A DNA stretch of 63,946 bases, filler included, from Octopus bimaculoides (taxonomy: Eukaryota): the NCBI RefSeq assembly GCF_001194135.2. It is 4 parts of 4 records of this genome, joined end to end, with 100 filler letters (N's around TTAATTAATTAA, not from the genome) between each part and the next. Parts side by side here need not be neighbours in the genome. Positions count along the whole stretch, not along the records: positions 37,877 to 61,817 come from NC_068984.1; 3 more parts are not named here. One strand, 5' to 3'. Under the pieces are notes generated by a model. It did not search any database. It saw nothing but the letters and a program-made list of their open reading frames with translations, and had not been told where the DNA came from. Position 1 is the first letter of the stretch. Every line of letters begins with the position of its first letter. Made by a program: the position numbers and the translations under genes. Below are positions 39,537-50,059 of this stretch, one piece after another.

Positions 39537-40469
39537 ATGGTATTATTAGTGATGTTGCTATTATTACAGTTGGTGAAATTATTATTGTTGGTGGTATTGT
39601 TAGTGTTGGTGGTATTGTTAGTATTGGTGGTATTGTTAGTGTTGGTGGTATTGTTAGTGTTGGTGGTATTGTTAGTGTTGGTTAGTAGAGCTAGTGGTTT
39701 TATTAGCGTTAGTGGTATTATTACTGTTGTGTTATTGTTAGTGTTTGTGGTAATATTAGTGTTGGTGGTATTGTAGGTGTTGGTATTATTAGTGATGATT
39801 GTAGTATTCGGGCTGGTGGGTTTATTAGTATTGGTCGAATTATTGGTGTTGTTGGTATAATCAGTGTTTGTGGGATTGTGAGTGATGGAGGTTTTGTTAG
39901 TGTTGGAGGTATCATTAGTGTTGATTATTGCTTTGTGTTGGTGGTATTATTAGAGTTGATGGAGTTGTTTGTGTTTGTAGTATTGTTTTGTTGGTGGTAT
40001 TGTTTGTGTTTGTGGTATTATTAGTGTTGGTGGAGTCATTAGTGTTTATGGTATTTTTAGTGGTTTTGTTACTGTTGTTAGTATTGTTAGTGTTAATTTT
40101 GATGGTGTTGTTAATGTGGGTAACATTGGTAGTGTTGATGGCATTGTTTTTATGATGGTATTGTCACTGTCATTATCCATGTCATCATCACCAACGCCAA
40201 CACCATCGCTACCACTACCGCCACTGGAACATCAAGCAATCTAACTCAATATCACATCTTCTGTGTGTGTGGATCCATATTTTGAATTACTGTTACAAAC
40301 ATACCTTGCATATGATTAATCACCAAAACAAGAAGAACAACATGAAAAAGAGTTATAACAACAGAACTAATTATATGAAGAACAGCAACTACGAACAGTC
40401 TTCAGATGAGCTAATACATATGCGATCTGCTAACAACTAAAAAGGTCCGAAACACCAATTTTTAGGTTA

Positions 40470-40560
40470 GCTGTTGTTGTTTCGTCCCTAGTCAGCCTCT
40501 TTCCAACAGATCTATTAGCAGAAACGTTCCATCCGTGACCATACCATGCTTAATGTAGTT
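40470..40560 (-). mobile_element. Family C tail fragment
   Basis: GTTGTTGTTTCGTCCCTAGTCAGCC..GATCTATTAGCAGAAACGTTCCATCCGTGACCATACC. Confidence 0.5.
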
Positions 40561-40826
40561 GACCAAGAGCTAATAGTCTATCTTATGATAATAATCACTA
40601 AACTACTGTGCTGCATGCGGATATCATACCTAGACAGGCATACTTCAAACATAGTTTATCTCGGACTATATTAGCCAATGTGTTCTTACTTTTAGACCGT
40701 TGTATCGTTTGACCGAAAGTCGGCTCCAGTCGAACATACATATGATCGAAGGCGCTCCAGTCACGTTGATCTCGTCTGTTTCTTCCCGGACCTCGTGTAT
40801 TTACAACTACATTGGTTACTGGATTA

Positions 40827-41061
40827 CAGTAATTCCCCAACTATCGTGGGTGTTACGTTCCAAAACTTCCCACAGAAATAATTAAAATCTAGAAAAATAT
40901 AGACATCTATCGGCCTCAGAAACCCGTATGTACTGCGAAGTCCACGATATAAATTTACATACATTAGCGAGAAAAATCCGCGATGTACTGAGTGCGCGAT
41001 AGGTAAATCGCGATGTACTAGGTGCGCGATAGGTGAACCGCGATATGGCGAAGGATTACTG
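40827..41061 (-). mobile_element. Tigger/pogo-type MITE, second copy in inverted orientation
   Basis: TA|CAGTAATTCCC ... GGATTACTG|TA with TA TSD at both ends; reverse complement of 34202-34449. Confidence 0.85.
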
Positions 41062-41194
41062 TATTCCTTTTATTTCAGACGAGTATTGAGCCATTTGGGA
41101 ACTGTTATTTTTAACAGGTTGTGTCATCATGTAGAAGTGTACCGAGGAACATATTTAATATCAGTGGTGAAATGTAAAGACATAACAACCTGTT

Positions 41195-41297
<103 letters not shown>

Positions 41298-42739
41298 GCG
41301 TGTGTGCGTGTGTGTGTGTATCTGTGCCGAGCAAATGATGAATATTCAGGTTTATAAATTTATAGATTATGAAACTAATATTAAATTATTAGTTTGGTCA
41401 TCTAGTTTAAACGATTTACGCAGGGTTTTTACAAAGTTTGTCAGCAGATGGTTACAATTTTAAATGCATTTGCGAGCTTATGAGGGTGCCCTCTACATAA
41501 ATAGAGGGCAACCTCATAAGCACTTGTTAGAAGTGACTTGTGAGAAAATAAATGAGCTTCAGAGCTGAGGTGGTTGTTGTGATGTGGAAGGAAAGTTGGA
41601 GTTGTAGTTTCAAGTTGGAGGTACACTAGAGATTGAAAATATTAATTGTCAGAATTTCTGTGATGAAACTTTGCTCCAAATCTATTTACCTATGTATTTA
41701 CATTGGTAAATTAACTTTAGGACCTTCTCTTCAGATAAATAAGCTAACTCCATTCCAAATTAAATCTATTAAATGGATTGAATATCAACCTTTTTGATAA
41801 ACCCTTTTTGTTACACCTCTTACGTCAGATTCCTGGCAGAGGTATTTTATTTATTACATTCGATGGAGACCATTGTGTATACTGTCATTTACAGAGGTAC
41901 GACACGACGTTAGGTTTAATAGAGATTAAAGTTAAACAATTTACAAACACGTGTCTCCCCTCCCTCAAACAAAAAACAAAAAACAAAGACAAAAAACAAC
42001 GTTGTTCTCCAAACTGTGAGAGTGGTACACTGGTACGCGCCAAGATGTACCTAGATGTTCCGATAAAATAATAAAATTATATTTTAAAAATGTGAAAAAT
42101 ACAAACTGAAATTCTAAAAATAACGATTGACAATTATGCTTCATTTATTGAATAAAGAAGTTCATACTTAATAATTGTCTGCAGTTTAAACTACTTATAT
42201 ATATANNNNNNNNNNNNNNNNNNNNNNNNNNNNNNNNNNNNNNNNNNNNNNNNNNNNNNNNNNNNNNNNNNNNNNNNNNNNNNNNNNNNNNNNNNNNNNN
42301 NNNNNNNNNNNNNNNNNNNNNNNNNNNNNNNNNNNNNNNNNNNNNNNNNNNNNNNNNNNNNNNNNNNNNNNNNNNNNNNNNNNNNNNNNNNNNNNNNNNN
42401 NNNNNNNNNNNNNNNNNNNNNNNNNNNNNNNNNNNNNNNNNNNNNNNNNNNNNNNNNNNNNNNNNNNNNNNNNNNNNNNNNNNNNNNNNNNNNNNNNNNN
42501 NNNNNNNNNNNNNNNNNNNNNNNNNNNNNNNNNNNNNNNNNNNNNNNNNNNNNNNNNNNNNNNNNNNNNNNNNNNNNNNNNNNNNNNNNNNNNNNNNNNN
42601 NNNNNNNNNNNNNNNNNNNNNNNNNNNNNNNNNNNNNNNNNNNNNNNNNNNNNNNNNNNNNNNNNNNNNNNNNNNNNNNNNNNNNNNNNNNNNNNNNNNN
42701 NNNNNNNNNNNNNNNNNNNNNNNNNNNNNNNNNNNNNNT

Positions 42740-43858
42740 ATATATAAACTTTTGATCAGGAATACAAGAAATATATCATTAAAAAGTGGAAACGCTTCCT
42801 TGATGATTGCTTCATCTTTTGGGGAAAATCGAATGAAGATCTAAATATATTTAACAATATACTGAACACACTTCACCCGTCCATCAAATTCACAACGGAA
42901 TCCACTTGCAATGAACTACCATTCCTGGATATCCACATAAAAATACAAAGCTGCACAGTCACAACAGACATATTTTACAAAAAAAAAAGCGGATACACAC
43001 CAATATTTAAAGTTCTACTCTTGCCATCCATCACACATCAAAAGAAATATCCCATACAGCATGGCTAGACGTATCTGCGTTATAGTAAGTGACCCTAAAA
43101 CATGTGAAATCAGACTCAACGAACTCAAAGGCTTCCTTACTATACAAAAATACCCCTTAGGCTTAATGAAGGAATTAAAAAGGCGATGAAACTGAATATC
43201 ACCCAACTACGGACACCTAAGGAAAAAGTTAATGAAAACACGATTCCGTTCATTAACACATACAGTCCTGGAATAACTAACATATTCCACGTCATAAAAT
43301 CAAACTTGCCTATACTCCTTCAAAGCTCCAAAACGAAAACTCTCATTGAAAAAAAAACCCACCTTACGGAATAGCAGACGCCAACCAAAAAATCTTAAGA
43401 AACACATCACAGGGGCAGAATTCAGATCAGAGAATAAACCAGAATTCATAGTAAAAGAATGTGAACATTGGAGATGTGGAACGTGTAACAATACCAACAA
43501 CTTCAAGTACATAGAAAGTGGTTCCCACATAAAGTTCAAGAGCGGATCCATTTTAAAAATAAATGCAGATATGAACTGTAAAACACAAAATCTCATATAC
43601 TGCATGACCTGTCCAAACTGTAAAGAAAATTACATTGGCGAAACGAATAACTCCCTTTGCCAACGTGCAAGAATTCACAGGCAACATATCCGGCAAGAAG
43701 AACAACGAAAGATTCCATTGAGTAAAAATCTAGAAATATGCGGAGACGGAAAGTTCAAAATCTTTCCCTTTTGCAAATGTACGCGGGACGATCCGCAATA
43801 CCGAAAGGCAATGGAAGTACACTTCATAAAAAGATTCTCTCCGAAGTTAAATGTTTGA
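42740..43858 (+). mobile_element. Penelope-like element (Neptune-type): RT core, thumb and GIY-YIG endonuclease; frameshifted, 5' lost in gap
   Basis: WKRFLDDCFIFW, LPFLD, ADTHQYL..YSCHPSHIKRNIPYSMARRI, linker CEHWRCGTC (Cx4Cx2C), NLIYCMTCPNCKENYIGET. Confidence 0.9.
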
Positions 43859-44344
43859 AAGAGAAAAAAGAAAAGCAAAGAGTACGTTTTGTATGTATGT
43901 ATATGTATATATGTATGGGTATGATATGATATATATAGTTATTTTATTTTACTTACTAATTGATTTTTTCAAATTATTAATTTACAAATATTATACTAAT
44001 GTATTCTCATACAGAACTACACTTTACTAAAAATAAATAAATAAATGTATGACAGGAATATATTCTAAATATAACTCAAAGAATATAAAAAGAAAGGACT
44101 AAAACAGAAAAGATAAGAAAACATTTTTTAAAAATTTCTTATTCTCTATTTTTTCTTTTTCTTTTCTTTCTTTTCTTACTATCCATAGAAACCATTTCAA
44201 AACAATGGTGTAAGTAGTAAACAAGTTTTTACTTTTATTTATTTATTTATTTGACAATCCTTAAAAAGACCATTTCAATACAAGGGAAAGTGGTGGATAG
44301 GAAAATGAACAGCCCTTCTCTCTCACTTTTACCCTACCCATGTT

Positions 44345-44386
<42 letters not shown>

Positions 44387-44388
<2 letters not shown>

Positions 44389-44609
44389 ATTTCTTTATTG
44401 CCCACAAGGGGCTAAACAGAGGGGACAAACAAGGACAGACAAAGGGATTAAGTCGATTACATCGACCCAGTGCGTAACTGGTACTTAATTTATTGACCCC
44501 GAAAGGATGAAAGGCAAAGTGGACCTCGGTGGAATTTGAACGTAATGGCAGATGAAATACCGATAAGCATTTCGCGCGGCATGCTAACGTTTCTGCCAGC
44601 TCGTCGCCT
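44387..44609 (-). mobile_element. SINE family A with third tail type
   Basis: Family A head and body, but + strand begins TTATTTCTTTATTGCCCACAAGGGGCTAAACAGAGGGGACAAACAAGGACAGACAAAGGG, adjoining (TATC)n. Confidence 0.88.
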
Positions 44610-44805
44610 ACAAACAAACACTTTCCTCTCTGGTCAGTCCCTCGTCAACTTTTTCAAGTACCACTTGAAAAGGAGGATGAGGATAGAGAGGAAAGTGTTG
44701 TCGAATGAAAGTTTCAATAAAAAATGGGTAAATGTGGCAAGAATGGTAAGAATGAAAGACGACACCATTTTAAGCATAGACTTGTAACAAAAAGAGACAA
44801 AAAGA
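44610..44805 (+). mobile_element. L1/Tx1-clade ORF2 extreme C-terminus, 5'-truncated; 45165-45420 may be its 3' UTR
   Basis: TNTFLSGQSLVNFFKYHLKRRMRIERKVL..KKWVNVARMVR is homologous to the C-terminus of the 39-kb fragment. Confidence 0.75.
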
Positions 44806-45818
44806 NNNNNNNNNNNNNNNNNNNNNNNNNNNNNNNNNNNNNNNNNNNNNNNNNNNNNNNNNNNNNNNNNNNNNNNNNNNNNNNNNNNNNNNNNNNNNNN
44901 NNNNNNNNNNNNNNNNNNNNNNNNNNNNNNNNNNNNNNNNNNNNNNNNNNNNNNNNNNNNNNNNNNNNNNNNNNNNNNNNNNNNNNNNNNNNNNNNNNNN
45001 NNNNNNNNNNNNNNNNNNNNNNNNNNNNNNNNNNNNNNNNNNNNNNNNNNNNNNNNNNNNNNNNNNNNNNNNNNNNNNNNNNNNNNNNNNNNNNNNNNNN
45101 NNNNNNNNNNNNNNNNNNNNNNNNNNNNNNNNNNNNNNNNNNNNNNNNNNNNNNNNNNNNNNNNACAAGGTACTTACTTTCATGTACCTTTAAAAAAAAA
45201 AAGCCTGAGGTGACCGTGGTCTTTTCCGTAGGTTTTTCTCTCCACGGATAAACCTAATCTGTTCCCCATTTTTTTTCTTTTTTTTTTTACATTGACTGTG
45301 ATACACGATCCCTATTGATGGCCCCCCCTTTTTTTTCTTTTTTTTTCCGTGATCCCTTTCCACGATCCCTTTTGATCGAAATCCCCCCTTTTCTTTCCGC
45401 GATCCCTTTTGATCGAAATTATCCAAAGAAAAGCTCTACATTGTATTTTGTCCATTTTCTGTATTTAGCCCTGTGTGGCTATAATAAAAAGATATCTATC
45501 TATCTATCTGTCTATCTACCTGTTTATCTATCTGTCTATCTATCTTCCATTGTCTCCAAAGCCCGCCCCCCAAAACAAAAACAAAAACAATGTTCTCTTA
45601 CTAACAAAATCCCCCTCAAAACATCTGTTTTATAGAAATAAGCAAGATATCCGTGTATTCACAGAATTGTATTTGGCAAGTTCGAAACACGAACGAAAGC
45701 GTTAATATGAAAATGAAGTTTAATAAAAATAAAAAAAAGTTTTTTCCAAAATTTTGACGGCTTTTGTTCAATATTCAATTCTGTACATCACACATACATG
45801 AAATTTAAATACACCACA

Positions 45819-45890
<72 letters not shown>

Positions 45891-48412
45891 CTATTAATTA
45901 TACATAAAGTGCACCCAAATATTTTCATATGAAGTGATCTATAAGTAAAATGATCATCGCTATCGACCATATTCAGTAGACGTACATTTGTAACTAACCA
46001 AATAAAATGTGTCGCGGCTGAAGTGACATGCAATATCACATCGGGGTCATCAAATGTAGCGAAATGTGATATTGAGGGATCAATGTAAGTTGTCGGGTGT
46101 AGCAGATGATGCTAGGCATGTTGGATCGGCATCGATGGAAAACAATTAAGAAAGAATGGGAATGTAGTTTATATTATTTATTTGGTCACAGTTGTAATTA
46201 CTTTGTTGGATATTTGAAACAAATATGTCGCTACATAATGAAGCCAACTACTTCGCGTCGGCGAAGTAAAAACGGAGGAAAGGAAAGAAAATGTTGATGG
46301 GACTAGGTAGTACAAAGACATATGTGTCTGTGTGTGTGTTCGTCATTCGCCTCTGTTGTATCGTTTCTCTATCTGATCTGTTCTGTGGTCTGCAATTGCT
46401 AACTCTTGCGTGTCGCTCCGCTCACAGTGCTCACCATCTCTATCACGGTGCTGATTGTCCGTGTCTCCTACGGAACTCATATTTATAATGGCCCATTCTA
46501 GCTAGAAGGATGGATATACCATTATAAGAGTGGCTTGTACCTTTTAGGTCACTTGCTGTCCATCTGAACTTTCTGTGACAGGACAAAGAAATTTTTCCAG
46601 CTTGGTCAGCCAACGGCGAGCGAGAATCTTTAGATTCGGAAAATAAAATGTGGTTTCCACACTACCCCGCTTCCATTGAGAGAGCCAAAGAGATCGAACG
46701 ATACAGATGCGTATGAAATTGAAAATGCATGTACAAACAACAATTGAATACGTAACAGGCAAAGCGAAAGAATGGTCAAATATAGAGCAAAATGTTTTGA
46801 AAACAAAGCAAAATATATGTGCATGCAATACTGAGAAAAATTGTGAATATCAGGTAAGAGAATCCTGAGAATGTATACGGGACAGGTATCTATTCGTGTG
46901 AGTCCGAATAGCAGTGTCACTTTGCGTGCAAAGAATGCAGAATATGCCAGTCGGTGCGCGATTGAGGCAGAGTGGACGTGTGTGCGCATGAGTGCTGGAT
47001 GTGTCAGTCGTTGCGTGACTGAGGCAGTGAGTGAGCGTGCAAGGGTGTATAGATGAGTGCGAGAGGAAGTCCTGCAGCTGTGGAATAAGCTGAGGTGAGT
47101 GAGTGTGTGCATTCTCAATCCATGATACCAGCAAAAGTTTTCTTGCAGGATTGCATTTTGTGTGAAAATACCTCGAAGGAGTGCAGAAGCGAAATGTGTC
47201 TGGCATTGTTGTCGTGGGCATTTACTAAGATTAGCACATTGCGTAGGACAGATAATTTTCTCTATTAATTTCGTGACCAGCCTGAGTTCGAATAGAGGCA
47301 AGTTGTATCTGACAAGTGTGCAGAGAGCATGAGCTGACATCCGACGCAAACAGAGTCGGGAAAAGGATCTGAGCGGGCACAGACATGAGAAAACGACTCT
47401 AAAGGCGCTATATTGTAATCTTACATCTATTCCCATAGATGTAAGATTACAACACCAAAACCCGTTAATTTTTTTAGTGATTTTTCATTGATGAAGTATG
47501 TCGTCTGGTTGAACTAACTTGAACTGTTTAAGTTTATTTGCGTCCCCCCTCTATCTCTGTTGTTTTTTAGAGAGATACACATACATATATATAACCATTC
47601 AAAGAAATCTCAGTTTGAAAGCATGTTCTTTTTCATCCAATTTTACAAAGAAAATAGATATTATGTCCGAACCGTCTTGAAAATTACTTTCTGATGAAAA
47701 AAATAAAACGAAAATTATTATTTAAATTTCATGTATTCAAAAATCCGCTAAAAAGCTTTTAGAATCTGTGAAAAAAAGTGTCAAACAGCAAAACAGCATT
47801 ATTCTTTCAAAGGATTATGAAATGATGGTGGAATATCAAAGTCTTTAAAGTCTGTAAACTGCTTTTAGAATCTCAGCAAGATGGAAAGAAAAAACCAAAC
47901 ACACACACAACCCCGCCCCACAAAAAAACAAAACAAAAAAAAAAACAAAACAAAAACAAACAAACAAACAAAAAACAAAAGAAAACTGCAAAACAAAGAA
48001 ACAAACTAAAACTATGAAGAAAAATTATTTTCAATGGGAGAAACTTCCCGAAATATCTTTAAAAAACTGAAGCAACATTTGCAAAGAACTTTATATTGTC
48101 AAGTTATGACAGTCTTTCTATTATCTCAGTCACGGAGAGCTTTGTTCCTTTTCTATAACTGGTACATTAGCAAAAATACTGGTGTACAGTATCATAATCT
48201 GAGGCAGTATATGGTGTTGTGATGTAATAAAACCTTTGGTCGTATATAGTGTCTGTATATGTTCGATTTCAACTTTCACTGAGGTCATCTTCCGTTTTTA
48301 ATCCTTCCAGGCTCGGTAGGACAAGTTTTGATGATATATTGAATTGCTTAAATAACTTATACGCCACTCCTCAAAAGTTAAGGGTTTTCATTATCAATAT
48401 TAGGAAACAATT

Positions 48413-48610
48413 AAAGCGGCGAGTTGGCAGGATCGTTAGCATGCCGGAAAAAATGCTTAGCGGCATTTCGTCCGTCCTTACGTAATGAGTTCAAATTCCA
48501 CTGAGGTCGACTTCGCCTTTAATCCTTTCGGGGTTACCAGTTGAGTAATGGAGTCAATGTAATCGACCTACCCACTGATCCGAACTAGCTGGCCTTCTGC
48601 CAAAATTTGG
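48413..48610 (+). mobile_element. SINE family A (tail type 2)
   Basis: AAAGCGGCGAGTTGGCAG...GAGTTCAAATTCC..GAGGTCGACTT...CTGGCCTTCTGCCAAAATTTG. Confidence 0.88.
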
Positions 48611-48806
48611 CAAGAAACATTTAACACTGGATGTCCCATAAATTTGACAAGTGTTCGAAATACAAGATATTTAGATACTGCTTTATTCATGGGACACTCC
48701 TTATATGCTTTTCCTCTCTCCATACTCTCACACACATACACACACACATACACACACACAAGCACACTCCCTGCATATATACATACATATATACAGACAG
48801 CCAGAT

Positions 48807-48857
<51 letters not shown>

Positions 48858-49100
48858 AACACACACACACGCGCACGCACTTACACACACTCCTTCACCC
48901 CTCTTTCTCTCTTTCTCTCGCTCTCATACACAGGTGCAGATATGACTATGTACATATGAATCACGTGGTTCTTAAGAGTATAGCTCAACACTCATGTTGG
49001 TTCCGGTTTGAGTCCATCGCAAAGCACCTTTATCTATGAATCAGTGTGTACATGCGCGCGCGCGTTTGTATGTGTTTGCGTGTGTGTGTTTGTGTGCGTT

Positions 49101-49150
<50 letters not shown>

Positions 49151-49194
49151 AGTATTTGTTGTTTGTCTTGAAACATAGCAGTGCCAAAAATAAT

Positions 49195-49377
49195 GGTCTC
49201 AAATTTTGGAGCAATTATAGCGGAAGGAGTAACTCAATATCATCGATCCCTTTGCTCAACTGCTACATATTTTGGCGAACCCGAAAGTGTGAAAGGCAAA
49301 GTCGACCTCGGAACGTAAAAATAGACGAAATGCCACTAAGCATTTTGTCCGGCGTGCTACGTTTCTGACAGCTCGCC
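49195..49377 (-). mobile_element. SINE family A (tail type 2), degenerate
   Basis: GGTCTCAAATTTTGG...GAAAGGCAAAGTCGACCTCGG...CAGCTCGCC. Confidence 0.8.
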
Positions 49378-49398
49378 ATAATGGTTCCATAAATAATG

Positions 49399-49568
49399 CT
49401 TCTACTATAGGCACAATGCCTGAAATTTTTGGGGACGGGGCTTGTCGATGACATCAACTCCAGTTATCAGCTGGAACTTATTTTATTGGCCTCGAAAGGA
49501 TGAATGGCAAAGTCGACATCAGCGGATTTTGAACTCGGAACGTAAAGACATACAAAATGCCGCAAAAC
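49399..49568 (-). mobile_element. SINE family A (tail type 1), head truncated
   Basis: CTTCTACTATAGGCACAATGCCTGAAATT...GAAAGGATGAATGGCAAAGTCGAC. Confidence 0.82.
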
Positions 49569-49571
49569 AAG

Positions 49572-49975
49572 CTTCCTCAGGTCTAGGGTTACGTCCAAGA
49601 ATTCGATCTTTGTCAAATTGGTGGAAACTGCTATAGATTGGCCGAATTCTTTGAAGATCTTTATCAGATCCACCCTGAAGCTGTCCACGGTGTGACCGTT
49701 CATATGGCTTGAGATTGCGTCTTCTCTACAGAGGGCTGCGCTATGTGTGTGTAAGTGTGTGTGTGTATGTGTGTGTGTGAGTGCAGGTATGTGCTTGCGC
49801 GCGAGCGTGTGCTTCGAGGATAAATAACCCGACGGGGTCTGCGATTTCAGTCCCTTTATAACTCCCCATAGATAAGTTGAACAGTGGTTCGTCTTCCTTC
49901 ACCCAGTAGGAATAATCGTGAACCAAGAGTGACTTCCTGATACACATGATGATTCTGGCACGAGGTCGCTGATAT
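49572..49975 (-). mobile_element. Penelope-like RT fragment of a second type, interrupted by a TG microsatellite
   Basis: RKSLLVHD..WVKEDEPLFNLSMGSYKGTEIADPVGLFIL / LCREDAI (decayed LYRDDG) / DLIKIFKEFG..TNLTKIEFLDVTLDL. Confidence 0.7.
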
Positions 49976-49984
49976 TGATAGGCA

Positions 49985-50059
<75 letters not shown>

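Larger units (their letters stand above)
37877..40160. repeat. Degenerate 18-bp minisatellite (TTGTTAGTGTTGGTGGTA)n
   Basis: Clean units at 39597-39682; diverged units elsewhere; interrupted by a SINE and a Tx1/L1 fragment. Confidence 0.85.
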
